Shown here: positions 28,176-38,884 of the stretch, piece after piece
How the letters are laid out: every line of letters starts with the position of its first letter
How positions within the stretch are numbered: the stretch's first letter is position 1
Virus record (IMG/VR): IMGVR_UViG_3300046463_000579
Location: 943-64,942 of that record
Length of the DNA: 64,000 nucleotides
Reading direction: 5' to 3' (one strand)
Origin: a virus
Taxonomy: Duplodnaviria; Caudoviricetes
Made by a program: the position numbers and the translations under genes
The notes under the pieces: model-generated
The model's database searches: none
Told to the model about the DNA's origin: nothing
The model's input: the letters and a program-made list of their open reading frames with translations, nothing else

Positions 28176-31100
28176 ATGGCAGACGATATCGTTCCGCTTG
28201 GGTTTGACGTTGATACCTCGGGGCTCAACTCGGCGAAGAAGGAAGCCGCGAGCGCCGCGAGCGAGATCAGCAAGCTCGGCGATGTGGTCGACAAACTGGC
28301 GAAGGCCGCGAGCAACCTGAACAGCGCGGCGATGAAGCCGCTCGAGCAGACCACGAAGGCCGTCACCACGGACGCCAAGGCGCTATCCGATGCGCTCAAG
28401 CCGCTCGACGAGAACACGAAGAAGGCCGCGACCGACCTCGCGCAGCTCGTTGAGATCCAAAAGAAGGCCGCAGCCACCGGCGACGCTCACTTGCAAGCCA
28501 CCAGCGGGCTCGCCAAGCAGATCGAGGCGCTCGCCGGGAAGCTGAACTCGAGCGCCGCGGCGCACGATCGGATGAACACGGCCGCAAGCCGCACCGGCAA
28601 AAACGCGCAGGAAGCCACCGACAAGCTGACCGGCTTCGCTTCGGTGCTCGACAAGCTGAAGAACGCCGGCGGTACCGCGGAAAGCAGCGTCGGCAAGATC
28701 GGCCAGAACTTCGCGCAGGTGGGCGAGGTGCTGGGCGGCGGCGGCCACGGCGGCGGTGGCGTTACGGCCGCGCTCGGGCTCGCGCAGCGCGCTTTTCAGG
28801 GGCTCACGGGCTTCGTTACCGGCTCGGCTGTCGGCGCCATGACCGGCATCGCCGCCGGCGTGGCGGTGGTTTCTGCCGCGTACATGAAGCTGCAAGGCGT
28901 GCTCGCCGAATCGCAGGACGAATATCGCCTGCTCTCGGGGCAGATCCGCATCGCCGTGCACGACGCCGACCTGGCGGCCGAAGCGACGCAGCGCGTTATC
29001 GATAGCGCGAACCGGGCGGGGATCTCTGTCGAAGCCTATGCGGACACCTTCACCCGCTTCGAGCGGATCCGCAAGGAAATGGGCCTCACCACGGAAGGCG
29101 TGCTCGACTTCACCGAAGCGATCACGAAGCTCGGGAAGATCTCGGGCTCGTCGCCGCAGCAAATCCAGATGGGTTTGATGCAGCTCTCGCAGGGCCTCGG
29201 CTCGGGCAAGCTGCAAGGCCAAGACCTGAAATTCATGATGGAAGACATGCCGGCCCTTGGCGAGTACATCGCGAAGGGCATGGGCGTGTCCATCGGCCGG
29301 CTCAAGGATATGGGCTCGAATGGCGAGCTCACGCCTGAGAAGGTGGTCGGCGCGCTGAAAAAATCGTACGAAGATATCGACAAGGAAGCCGCGCACCTGC
29401 CCGAAACCGTGGCGCAGGCCACGCAGCGCATGAAAAACGACTTCGGCGGGCTCAAGGCCGCGCTCGGCGAAGTGCTGATGTCGACGCAGGTGGTGCAGGC
29501 CGGCCTCAATGCGATGGATGGCGGCATGCAGTGGGCGAAGAACCGGCTCACTGACAATTACACGCTCGCCCAGCTCGAGAAGCTGAAGGCCGATCTGCAA
29601 AAGGATCAGGTCGATTTCCGCATGCAGGGCATGAACACGTCGGGCCTCGACGCGCGCATGAAAGAAGTGCAGGCCTTGATCGACAAGCAGCAAAAGGCCG
29701 CAGCCGCGTCGAAGAAAGAAGCCGCGGAGCAGCCTGAGCACGATGCCGACAACCTCAAGACGCGCATCGCCGAATCAGACACCTACGCGAAGAAGCAGAA
29801 AGAGCTCAAGCAGAACATCGCCGATGTGACGGCGCAGATCGAGAAGCTCAATAACGGCATCGGCTACAGCACCGACAAGGACAAGGCCGATAAGCTCGAT
29901 TACTTCACGCGCGCGCTCGGCCGCATGAATGAGGAAATGCGCAAGAGCGGCACGGCCGCGCAGCAAATGGCGCAGTCGCTCGATAACGCGACGTCCGATC
30001 GCAATATCTACGGCATCGGCTCGAGCGGGATCGCGCAGAGCACGCGCAAGCTCTCCGAAGACGCGGCGAGCAAAGGCCAGCCAATTATCCCGGGCGACTA
30101 CGACGCATTGTTCGCGAAGGGCGAGCTGTCGACCAACATCGATAAGAACGCGCTCGCCAGCATCTCGGCGAAGGCGGAGCTCTCGAAGATGGGCGGCGTC
30201 GGCGCATCGGGCAGCACGCGCGCGAAGCTCAACGCGGCAGCGAGCGCGGAGCAATACCGGGCGCAAACCTTCGGTACCGGCTTGCAGGCGTACACGCCGG
30301 AAGCGAACGATGCGGTCAAGCAGTATCAGGAGTCGCTCGAGAAGGTGGCGCTCGCGCAAAACGCCGTCAACGAGGCGACGGCTCGCTTTGGCGCCTCGAG
30401 CTCGTTGCGCGTGGCGCAGGCCGGCCTCGCCGTGGCCGGCGACGGCCCGTACGCCGTGCAGCTCGCGCAGCAGCGTGCGCAGCGCTCGCAGCGCAACGCG
30501 CAGAGCCCGGGCGTGGGCGATCTCGAATTCAGCTCTTGGCAGGCGCAGCAAGATCTCGCCGTGAAGCAGCAGCTCGCCGAAGCGCAGCGCACGACGCAGC
30601 AGCTTCGCGACGAGATCGGCTCGGCTGGAAGCCCCAACTCGCTCGCCGCGATCCGCGCGCAGGCCGAAGCCGACAAGATCCGGCGCAGCACCGCACCTGG
30701 CGCCGCGCAGGACGGCCTCATTGCCGACGCCATGCAGCAGCCGCAGCTCAAGCAGGACCAGCAGCTCGCGGACCAGACGGAGCAAATGAAGCGGCAGCTC
30801 GATCTCGCGCGCGAGCAGGCGGCGATCTACCGCAAGGGCGGCGCCGATATGGACGAGCAGCTCGCGATCGTTCAAAAGCGCTACGAGCTCGAGCAGGCCG
30901 GCCTCACGCCGTCGAACCAGTATTACCAGACGCAATTGCAGCTCACCGCAGAGCTCGCGAAGCAAACCCGCGAAATGAATCAGCAGAAGACCTTCGCCGG
31001 CGACTTCCAAAAGGCGTTTGGCGATGTGGCGCGCACGATCGGCACCGATCTCACGCGCACCTTCGACACGCTCTTCACGACCACGGGCTCGAAGATGAAG

Positions 31101-31754
31101 GCCCTCCTTAACGGGATCTCGGGCCTCGTGCAGAACGTGTCGAACACGATCATCCAAGACATGATCGTGAAGCCCTTCGAGCAGATCGCCACGCAGTACG
31201 GCTCGAGCCTCTTGCAGAAGTTTCTCAACGGCTTGGGCGGCGGTACCGGCTCGACTTCCACGCTGGGCCTCGGCAGCGGCATCGACTCGAGCGTGGCTTC
31301 GTCCACCTCGAGCCTCTACACGCCGTCCGTGAGTGCCTACAACTTCACGATGAACGCCAAGGGCGGCGCCTACGACTCGCCCTCGCTCTCTTCCTACAGC
31401 GGACAGGTGCTCACGAAGCCCACATTCTTCGCGTTCGCATCCGGCGCGGGCGTGGCGGGCGAGGCCGGCCCCGAAGGCATCCTGCCGCTCGCACGCGGCG
31501 CGAACGGTTCGCTCGGCGTGAAGGCCTACGGCGGATCCTCGGGCGGCGACAGCGCCCCGGCGATCACGATCATCGATCAGCGCACCGCGAAGGATTCGCA
31601 GCCGGTGCAGACCTCGAGCGGCAGCGACGCGAGCGGCAAGAAGTTCATTCAGGTGCTCGTGCGCGACACGGTAAAGGGCGGCATGGCCGCCGGCGAGTAC
31701 GACGCCACGATGAAAGCCAACTTCCAAGCAACTCGCCCACTCACGAAGAGGTAA
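28176..31754 (+). CDS. Tape measure protein
   Basis: 1192-aa helical A/Q-rich protein; QLSQGLGSGKLQGQDL tape-measure motif; C-terminal GEAGPEGILPL. Confidence 0.93.
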   Translation: MADDIVPLGFDVDTSGLNSAKKEAASAASEISKLGDVVDKLAKAASNLNSAAMKPLEQTTKAVTTDAKALSDALKPLDENTKKAATDLAQLVEIQKKAAATGDAHLQATSGLAKQIEALAGKLNSSAAAHDRMNTAASRTGKNAQEATDKLTGFASVLDKLKNAGGTAESSVGKIGQNFAQVGEVLGGGGHGGGGVTAALGLAQRAFQGLTGFVTGSAVGAMTGIAAGVAVVSAAYMKLQGVLAESQDEYRLLSGQIRIAVHDADLAAEATQRVIDSANRAGISVEAYADTFTRFERIRKEMGLTTEGVLDFTEAITKLGKISGSSPQQIQMGLMQLSQGLGSGKLQGQDLKFMMEDMPALGEYIAKGMGVSIGRLKDMGSNGELTPEKVVGALKKSYEDIDKEAAHLPETVAQATQRMKNDFGGLKAALGEVLMSTQVVQAGLNAMDGGMQWAKNRLTDNYTLAQLEKLKADLQKDQVDFRMQGMNTSGLDARMKEVQALIDKQQKAAAASKKEAAEQPEHDADNLKTRIAESDTYAKKQKELKQNIADVTAQIEKLNNGIGYSTDKDKADKLDYFTRALGRMNEEMRKSGTAAQQMAQSLDNATSDRNIYGIGSSGIAQSTRKLSEDAASKGQPIIPGDYDALFAKGELSTNIDKNALASISAKAELSKMGGVGASGSTRAKLNAAASAEQYRAQTFGTGLQAYTPEANDAVKQYQESLEKVALAQNAVNEATARFGASSSLRVAQAGLAVAGDGPYAVQLAQQRAQRSQRNAQSPGVGDLEFSSWQAQQDLAVKQQLAEAQRTTQQLRDEIGSAGSPNSLAAIRAQAEADKIRRSTAPGAAQDGLIADAMQQPQLKQDQQLADQTEQMKRQLDLAREQAAIYRKGGADMDEQLAIVQKRYELEQAGLTPSNQYYQTQLQLTAELAKQTREMNQQKTFAGDFQKAFGDVARTIGTDLTRTFDTLFTTTGSKMKALLNGISGLVQNVSNTIIQDMIVKPFEQIATQYGSSLLQKFLNGLGGGTGSTSTLGLGSGIDSSVASSTSSLYTPSVSAYNFTMNAKGGAYDSPSLSSYSGQVLTKPTFFAFASGAGVAGEAGPEGILPLARGANGSLGVKAYGGSSGGDSAPAITIIDQRTAKDSQPVQTSSGSDASGKKFIQVLVRDTVKGGMAAGEYDATMKANFQATRPLTKR

Positions 31755-31757
31755 CAC

Positions 31758-32123
31758 ATGGCAAATGCCGTATGGCCGACGACCCTGCCTAGCTTTGTGC
31801 TCGAGCAGGGCTTTCAAGAAAACCTGCCCGATAACAACCTCGAGTCGAGCGTCGATGCGGGGCAGGCAAAGATCCGGCCGCGCTTCACCGCGCAATTTCA
31901 GCGCTTCGTCCTGCAAGTGCAAATGGATCAGGCGCAGTCGGCCGTGTTCCGGGTTTTCTTCAATAGCACGCTGAACACGGGCTCTCTGCCCTTCGATTGG
32001 GTGCATCCGATGACGCGGCAGGCCGCGACGTTCCGCTTTCGCAAGCCGGCGCCGCAGGCGAGCTCGCAGGGCGGGATCTATTCGGTGTGGACGCTGAACC
32101 TCGAGCTGCTCTCGTATAACTGA
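31758..32123 (+). CDS. Distal tail protein
   Basis: WPTTLP...G.AKIRPRFTA...GSLPFDWVHP; follows TMP. Confidence 0.75.
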   Translation: MANAVWPTTLPSFVLEQGFQENLPDNNLESSVDAGQAKIRPRFTAQFQRFVLQVQMDQAQSAVFRVFFNSTLNTGSLPFDWVHPMTRQAATFRFRKPAPQASSQGGIYSVWTLNLELLSYN

Positions 32124-32124
32124 T

Positions 32125-32592
32125 ATGCGCAATCTCTCGTTTAAAGCCATCCAATCGATGCAGGCCAGCAACACCGCAGAGGTGTGGCTGCTGCTGCTCA
32201 CGATCTATCACCCCTCGCTCGCGGTCCCCATTTTTCTCGTGAATAACAACGAGAACATTGTGAGCCGCGGCAATACCTATATCGCGCTGCCGTTCGACGT
32301 GGATCTGCCGAACGAGGATCAGGAAGCGCCCGGCGCCGCAGCGCTCACGGTGGATAACGTCGACCGCTCGATCATCGATGCGATCCGCGCGATGGACGTG
32401 CCGCCCACGGTGACGATCGAGGTCGTGCTCGCGAGCCAGCCGGATTCGGTCGAGGTGGGCTTCAGCGATCTCGTGCTGCGAAACGTGAACTACGACGCGA
32501 CCACGATCAAGGGCTCGCTGCAATGGGAAGACATTCTCGTCGAGCCGATGGCGCTGCAAATGACGCCGGCCCGTTTCCCGGGGATGTTCTGA
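32125..32592 (+). CDS. DUF1833-family tail tip protein
   Basis: LLTIYHPSL..PIFLVNN...ALPFDVDLP...TVDNVDR...TPARFPGMF. Confidence 0.8.
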   Translation: MRNLSFKAIQSMQASNTAEVWLLLLTIYHPSLAVPIFLVNNNENIVSRGNTYIALPFDVDLPNEDQEAPGAAALTVDNVDRSIIDAIRAMDVPPTVTIEVVLASQPDSVEVGFSDLVLRNVNYDATTIKGSLQWEDILVEPMALQMTPARFPGMF

Positions 32593-33008
32593 TGCGCGAC
32601 TTTCCGGAATGGGTGAACCGCTTCACCGATATCCCTTTCAAGGTCGGCGGGCGCGGCTTCGATGGCTGCGACTGCTGGGGCCTGTTTCAACTGGTTTCGC
32701 GCGAGGTGTGTGGCGTGGAACTTCCCACTTATGGCGGGGTGGCATGGCGCCCTGATGGCGACGATGCCGCTGTCGCGCACGACGCGGCCCGACACGCCGC
32801 TCTCTTCAGCCAGGTCGATCCAACTGAGGCACGCGCGGGCGATGGCCTGCTGCTGCGCGTTATGGGGATGCCGATGCACGTGGGCGTGGTGGTGTGCCCG
32901 GGCTGGATGCTTCACATCGAGGCCGGCGCCGATGCCGTGCTCGAGCAATACGACGCGATGCACTGGAAGCGCCGCGTGCTTGGGATCTATCGCTACACGG
33001 GGAATTAA
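32592..33008 (+). CDS. NlpC/P60 tail-associated peptidase
   Basis: GGRGFDGCDCWGL...HVGVV...MLH. Confidence 0.88.
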   Translation: MRDFPEWVNRFTDIPFKVGGRGFDGCDCWGLFQLVSREVCGVELPTYGGVAWRPDGDDAAVAHDAARHAALFSQVDPTEARAGDGLLLRVMGMPMHVGVVVCPGWMLHIEAGADAVLEQYDAMHWKRRVLGIYRYTGN

Positions 33009-36000
33009 TGAACGAACTCGAAACACTGCCGAAGCTCAACGCCGTTACATCGGTCATTCTTCAGCACAACCCCTTCAGCACCGGGTGCACGGTCGTCGAG
33101 GCGCAGGAAGGCCGCACCCTGCTCGAGATCATCGAGCAGGCGGCCGTCGAGCCGCGCTTTATGCCGTATCTGCGCGTGTTCATCGAGGACCGCGAGGTGC
33201 CTAAGCGCCTGTGGGGCGTGACGCGCGCGCGGGCCGGCAAAACCGTGTATCTGCGCGCGGTACCGCAAGGCGGCAACGGTAAGAACCCGCTCGCCTCGAT
33301 CCTGATGGTGGTCGTCGCCGTGGCGGCGATCGCCACCGGGCAGGTGTACGGCTTGGCGCTGGCGCAGGCGGTCGGCGGCGCCGGCATCGCGGCGGGCAGT
33401 GCAGCGGCGGCAGTGGGCTCGGCGGTGATCGCCGCCGGCGTCTCGCTCGTGGGCGCAATGATCGTCTCGGCGCTCTTCCCGCCTCCGCGCAGCGATTCGG
33501 GCACCACGACCGCGCGCTACCAGATCACCGGCACGCAAAACCAGCTTCAGCCGTACGCCTACATTCCGCGCGTGTTCGGCAGGCGCCGGCTTTACCCGAT
33601 GCTCGCGGCGCACTCGTATTCGGAAAACCAAGGCAATGACCAGTACATTCGCATGCTGCTGTGCGTGGGCTATGGGCCGCTGAAGATCGAAGATATCCGC
33701 ATCGGCGACACGCCGATCGGCGTGTTCGCGAACGTGCAGATCGAAACGCGTGAGGGCTGGCTCTCCGATGCGCCGGTGACGCTCTACACGACCGATATCA
33801 ACGAGCAGCACCTTCAAATCGAGATGCACTCGACGAACGTGAACGATGGGAACGCCGACTACGTTTCCCGCTTCACGGAGATCAACACGAGCGAGATCAT
33901 CGTCGATGTGTCGTGCTTGGCCGGCCTCGCGCACTTCAAGAGCGACGGCGGGCGCGAAGCGCAGTCGGTGCAGGCCTCGGTGCAATACCGGCAGGCGGGC
34001 ACCTCGAGCTGGCTCACGCCGGCGTGGACGAATTCGGGCGACGATGGGCTCGGCACGAATGGCCTTATCACGATCAAGGATCTCTCCACGTCGACGGCGG
34101 TGCGCTCGGGCCACTTCAAGACGCCTTTCGCTTCGCAGTGGGAAGTGCGCGTGCGCCGCAATCAGGCGGAACGCGATCCGGCGCACGACGCCGACACGAT
34201 CTATTGGACCGCGCTGCGCAGCATCAAGTATCAGGCGCCCGTGACGCAGAAGGGCCTCGCGCTGATCGCGCTGCGCATCAAGGCAACCGAACAGCTCAAC
34301 GGCGTGCCTGACGCGGTGAACTGTCTCGCGAGCTCGTATCTGCCGACCTGGTCGTCGAACAGCGCCCCGGGCCAGTACACATGGCAGGTTTCCCAAAACC
34401 CGGCGTGGGCGTACCTGCTCGCCATGCTTTACCGCGGGCTCGACGATCCGCTGATTCCGCCTACTCGCATCGATCACCCGGCGCTGCTCTCGTGGGCGCA
34501 GGCGTGCGATGCCGCGGCCATCAACGACCCGGGCCGGCCGCGGTGGACGTTCAATGCCGTTTTCGAGGGCGGGTCGGTCTTTACCGCGCTTCAGCAGATC
34601 GCGAACTCGTGCCGCGCGAGCTTCAGCATGCGCGACGGCAAGTACTCCGTTTTCGTGGATCTGCCGCAAACCGTGCCAGTGCAGCACATCACGCCCCGGA
34701 ACTCGTCGAACTACTCGGGCAACAAGGCGTGGGCGGATCTGCCGCACGCGCTGCGGATCACGATCAATAACGAAGACAAGAACTTCGCCGACGATGAAGT
34801 GCTCGTGTTCGACGATGGGTACGATCAATCGAACGCCACGAAGTACGAAACCCTGCCTATGTCCGGCTGCACGCGCTCGGCGCAGGCGTGGCGCGAGGGG
34901 CGTTACTTCATCGCCGCGGCCAAGCTGCGCCCGGAAACGCACACGGTGACGATGGATATCGAAAACCTGCGGTGCACGCTGGGCGATTTCGTGCGGTTTT
35001 CGTATGACGTGGTTTCGATCGGGCTGAACACCGGCCGGATCAAGGCGCGGCTATGGGATGCGAGCGGCAACATCAAGGGCTACCAGCTCGACGGCCCGGT
35101 GCAAATGGACGGCGGGCGCAGCTACGCGATGCGCGTGCGCATGGTGGACGGCTCGAGCACCACGCTCTCGCTCGTGACCTATGTCGGCGTGTCGGACACC
35201 GTTACGCTGATCTCGCCGATCTCGGCGGGCCTCGCGCCCGATGGCGACGACCTCTACATGTACGGCGAGGCCTCGCGCGAGAGCGCGCCGATGATCATTA
35301 AGAGCATCAAGCCCTCGTCGAACCTCACCGCCACGGTGACGATGGTCGATGCGCAGCCGGGAGTGTGGACGGCCGATTCGCAGGCGATCCCGGCCTTCGA
35401 CGACTACGTTACGCAGCAGACGCCCTTCCAGCAGCAAGGGCCGCAGCCGCCGGTGATCTCGACGATCCTGTCCGATGAAACGGTGATCGAACGGCTCTCC
35501 GATGGCACGCTGCAAGACCGGATCCTCGTCACGCTCGCACCGCAGAGCGGCGGCTTCGTGCCGGCCGCCGGCTTCGAAACGCAGTATCGGATCTCGGGCG
35601 CGGTGAAGTGGACCGATGGGCCGAACACGACGCCGGCCGATCCGAACTGCTACATCGCGCCGGTGCTCGAGCTGGGCTTCTACGATCTGCGCGTGCGGGC
35701 CGTGTCGAAGTACGGCGTGCCGTCGACCTGGACTCAGGTGAACGCCTATCAGGTGATCGGCAAAACCAGCAAGCCGCAGGACGTGACCGGCTTTGCGGCC
35801 ACGGCGAACGCGGCCGGCGCCCAGCTCACGTGGAACCAGAACCCGGATATCGACCTCGCCGGCTACACGCTCAAGAGCGGCGGCAACTGGGACACCGCGA
35901 CGCTGCTCTCGCAGGTGATGTCGGGCACCTCGTACTTTCTGCAATTCACCGATGCGCTGCCGAAAACCGTGCTGATCAAGGCCGTGGACGTGCTCGGAAA

Positions 36001-37144
36001 CGAGAGCGTGAACGCGGCCGTGCTCACCACGCAGGCGGTTGCACCGGAAGACGTGACCGACTTTCAGGTGTATCCGCAGAGCGATTCATTCATGTTTAAG
36101 TGGGTGAAGATCGCCGACGCGGGCTACGAGTATGAGATCCGGTGCGGCGATGCGTGGGCGCTCGGGCAGGTGGTCGGCCGCTTCGCCGGCGACACCGCGA
36201 CCGTGAAGTGGCCGGTGAGCACGGCCGATCACGTCACTTTCTGGATCAAAGCGCTTTCGCAAGCCGGCCTGTATTCTGCCGATGCGCGTTATGCGACAAT
36301 TTACGCGGAGCCGTTACCCAGCCGAAACATGGTTTTCACCCGCGATTTCGTGGGCGCGTCCTTCCCGGGCGTGAAGCTGGATATGACGCTCGATGGGGAA
36401 TTCCTCGATCTCTCGAAGAACGTCAGCGGCAGCAACCAGCCGGCCGGCGATTATTACGAAGAGATCGTCCTGTCGAACTCGTTCTACGCGCGTAACTGGA
36501 TGACGTTGCGCGCGAACAGCGTTTCGCAGGCGGGGCTTTCGTGGGATGCCGCGACGTTTGCGTGGGATTCCCCGGATGATCCAACGTGGCAAGGCGTCTT
36601 GGGCGACGCCGATGGTGCGCAGGTGAAGGCATACATCGCAACAGCTCAAGCCCTCGACAGTAGCGTGGTCGAGGGCTGGCGTTTGAACGGTTCGCTCGCC
36701 GGCACGAAAGGCACCGCCCCTGTTGAACAGGTCGGGATCTCCTACGCGCCGGCGTGGTTTTCGAACGGTTTGGACGTAACGGCCAAGACCCGCGCCTCGT
36801 GGGCCGTGGCCGTGCCCGCTACCTTCAGCCTCACTTTCGACTTCAGACCTGATCAGGTGAACACGAGCGACGATTCAGCGCTCGTCAAACTCGCCGGCCC
36901 TGCGTATTCCCTGCTGCTCTTCTTCGACCGACTCTCGGGCACGTTCGCGCTCGTGGATCCGCTCGGACAGCGCTTGGAAATCGCATTGCCGCTCGAGCTG
37001 GGCGACAACCTCGTATTTGCCATCTCGCAATCCTCTTCGCAGCGTTCGCTCTTCGGCGCAACGCGGCGTTACCCGACCCCCGTTGCTGCGCAGGCGCCTT
37101 TCGCGCCGCTCGGCACGTTTTCCACTCTGGCGCTGCACGCCTGA
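33008..37144 (+). CDS. Central tail fibre/host-specificity protein (lambda I+J-like, with FN3 repeats)
   Basis: YQITGTQNQLQPY..IPRVFG; SQNPAW; FN3-like YDLRVRAVSKYG and IKAVDVLGNES. Confidence 0.88.
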   Translation: MNELETLPKLNAVTSVILQHNPFSTGCTVVEAQEGRTLLEIIEQAAVEPRFMPYLRVFIEDREVPKRLWGVTRARAGKTVYLRAVPQGGNGKNPLASILMVVVAVAAIATGQVYGLALAQAVGGAGIAAGSAAAAVGSAVIAAGVSLVGAMIVSALFPPPRSDSGTTTARYQITGTQNQLQPYAYIPRVFGRRRLYPMLAAHSYSENQGNDQYIRMLLCVGYGPLKIEDIRIGDTPIGVFANVQIETREGWLSDAPVTLYTTDINEQHLQIEMHSTNVNDGNADYVSRFTEINTSEIIVDVSCLAGLAHFKSDGGREAQSVQASVQYRQAGTSSWLTPAWTNSGDDGLGTNGLITIKDLSTSTAVRSGHFKTPFASQWEVRVRRNQAERDPAHDADTIYWTALRSIKYQAPVTQKGLALIALRIKATEQLNGVPDAVNCLASSYLPTWSSNSAPGQYTWQVSQNPAWAYLLAMLYRGLDDPLIPPTRIDHPALLSWAQACDAAAINDPGRPRWTFNAVFEGGSVFTALQQIANSCRASFSMRDGKYSVFVDLPQTVPVQHITPRNSSNYSGNKAWADLPHALRITINNEDKNFADDEVLVFDDGYDQSNATKYETLPMSGCTRSAQAWREGRYFIAAAKLRPETHTVTMDIENLRCTLGDFVRFSYDVVSIGLNTGRIKARLWDASGNIKGYQLDGPVQMDGGRSYAMRVRMVDGSSTTLSLVTYVGVSDTVTLISPISAGLAPDGDDLYMYGEASRESAPMIIKSIKPSSNLTATVTMVDAQPGVWTADSQAIPAFDDYVTQQTPFQQQGPQPPVISTILSDETVIERLSDGTLQDRILVTLAPQSGGFVPAAGFETQYRISGAVKWTDGPNTTPADPNCYIAPVLELGFYDLRVRAVSKYGVPSTWTQVNAYQVIGKTSKPQDVTGFAATANAAGAQLTWNQNPDIDLAGYTLKSGGNWDTATLLSQVMSGTSYFLQFTDALPKTVLIKAVDVLGNESVNAAVLTTQAVAPEDVTDFQVYPQSDSFMFKWVKIADAGYEYEIRCGDAWALGQVVGRFAGDTATVKWPVSTADHVTFWIKALSQAGLYSADARYATIYAEPLPSRNMVFTRDFVGASFPGVKLDMTLDGEFLDLSKNVSGSNQPAGDYYEEIVLSNSFYARNWMTLRANSVSQAGLSWDAATFAWDSPDDPTWQGVLGDADGAQVKAYIATAQALDSSVVEGWRLNGSLAGTKGTAPVEQVGISYAPAWFSNGLDVTAKTRASWAVAVPATFSLTFDFRPDQVNTSDDSALVKLAGPAYSLLLFFDRLSGTFALVDPLGQRLEIALPLELGDNLVFAISQSSSQRSLFGATRRYPTPVAAQAPFAPLGTFSTLALHA

Positions 37145-37158
37145 CGGAGAGAGAGAGA

Positions 37159-37677
37159 ATGGATCAGATCATCAAAATCAGCGGCGACGCTGAACTCGAG
37201 CAATACCTGCGCGCGCACCGCGAAGCCCTCGCGGGCGCCACGAAATTCAAGATGCACGGCGCGATGCGCGCGATCTTGAAGAAAGGGAACGGCGAGATCC
37301 TCGTCTATGCGAAGGACAACATCATCGTCGCCGGCGGCTTCGATTTCATCGCCGATGCGATCGGCAAATCGGCGAGCCGCCCGAACGTGATGGGCTTTAT
37401 CGGCGTGGGAACGGGCACCACGGCCGCGGCGGGCTCGCAGACCGCCCTCGTTACCGAAACGCTGCGCAAGGCCGCCACGTACGCGCATACGGCCGGCACG
37501 CAGGTTTTCAGCTTTGCCTCGACGTTCAACCCGGGCGAAGCCACCGCGGCAATCACCGAAGCGGGCGTGTTCAACGCCTCGAGCGCGGGCACGATGCTCG
37601 ATCGCGTGGTGTTCAACGTGATCAACAAGGGCGCAAACGACACGCTCACGCAGACCTTCAGCTTCACCATGAGCTAA
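37159..37677 (+). CDS. Virion structural protein (fibre-base/adaptor type)
   Basis: NIIVAGG...FIGVGTGTTAA...ITEAGVFNASSAGTMLDR. Confidence 0.75.
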   Translation: MDQIIKISGDAELEQYLRAHREALAGATKFKMHGAMRAILKKGNGEILVYAKDNIIVAGGFDFIADAIGKSASRPNVMGFIGVGTGTTAAAGSQTALVTETLRKAATYAHTAGTQVFSFASTFNPGEATAAITEAGVFNASSAGTMLDRVVFNVINKGANDTLTQTFSFTMS

Positions 37678-37687
37678 GGCGGGCGCG

Positions 37688-38875
37688 ATGGCCGTCACGA
37701 TCAATTCCACCGATACGCTCGACTACACGTGGGCGAACGCCCCCGGCACGTGGGCGAGCGCGGACGCCGGCAAGCCGTGGTCCGATTTCTATCAACAAAC
37801 CGTGACGGCCACCGCGGCGGAAACGCTCGCGACGGCCGAAGCGCTCGGCAACGATTACGCCGACCAGCAAAGCGAAGCATTCGCCACCGTCGAAGCGCGC
37901 ACCAGCGCGATCGCGCCGCTCGCGCTCGAGGCTTTTGCCACCTCTGACGTGGCGATGGATCTGATGAACTGGATCCACAACACCAACGAGAATTTCGCCA
38001 CCGCGGAGCTCGACACGCGCGAGGCGGCGCAGGTGATCCTCGAGGCGGTTTCAACGCTCGAGCTGCTCGCCAATGCCTACGGCAATCAGCAGCTCGAGGC
38101 CTTCAGCACGGACGAGGATCTCGTGCCGACGACGACCTGGCTGCGCGATATCGCCGAAAGCTGGCTCACCGACGAAGGGCGGGCTTCGGCCTACATCGAC
38201 GCGCAGAGCGAGAACTTCTGGCTCACCGACGATCAGCGCGCGGCCTACACGGTCGCGCAGCTCGAGGCGTTCGGCACGACCGACTCGATCACGCCGGTTT
38301 CGCTCTGGACGCGGCAGATCGCCGAAGCGTGGGGCACGACCGACGCCGTGGTGCAGCAAACCGCGCAGGTGCTCGTCGAAGCGTGGAATACGCGCGACAT
38401 GATGCTGCGCAACGCCGGCGGGGTGATGGCCGATCTTGAACTCAGCCAGCTCGCGCTATCGCTCAACGACTTTACGAACATGATGAACGGTCACGCCCCC
38501 ACGGGCTTCGCGCCGTTTAAGGAGCTCGTCGCCGGCGACTACCTGTATCAGGACGCGATCGTGTGGCTGCGCCTGCAATCGCAGCGCAGCTCGACCGACA
38601 ACGTTTCGATCACCGCGGCCACGCTCGAGGTCGACGTGCCCGATCAATTCGACAGCGGCTCGATCGATATCCCGGCCGGCGGCAAGCGCGTCACCTACAA
38701 CCGCAAATTCAATGTCGTGCCGTTCGTGGTGGCGCAGGTGGTGGGCGGCACGCAGCTCGCCTATCCGGACATTACCGAAATCGACGAAGAAGGCTTCTTC
38801 GTTTCCTGCTTAAACATGGCGAACACCTCGCAATCGGTTGAAGGCGTGGTTTCGTGGAAGGCCAGCGGCTACTAG
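37688..38875 (+). CDS. Virion structural protein with about 11 E-x-(F/W)-x-T-x-(D/E) repeats
   Basis: EAFATVE, EAFATSD, ENFATAE, EAFSTDE, ESWLTDE, EAFGTTD, EAWGTTD etc. at 18-20 aa spacing. Confidence 0.7.
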   Translation: MAVTINSTDTLDYTWANAPGTWASADAGKPWSDFYQQTVTATAAETLATAEALGNDYADQQSEAFATVEARTSAIAPLALEAFATSDVAMDLMNWIHNTNENFATAELDTREAAQVILEAVSTLELLANAYGNQQLEAFSTDEDLVPTTTWLRDIAESWLTDEGRASAYIDAQSENFWLTDDQRAAYTVAQLEAFGTTDSITPVSLWTRQIAEAWGTTDAVVQQTAQVLVEAWNTRDMMLRNAGGVMADLELSQLALSLNDFTNMMNGHAPTGFAPFKELVAGDYLYQDAIVWLRLQSQRSSTDNVSITAATLEVDVPDQFDSGSIDIPAGGKRVTYNRKFNVVPFVVAQVVGGTQLAYPDITEIDEEGFFVSCLNMANTSQSVEGVVSWKASGY

Positions 38876-38884
38876 GAGAATTGA

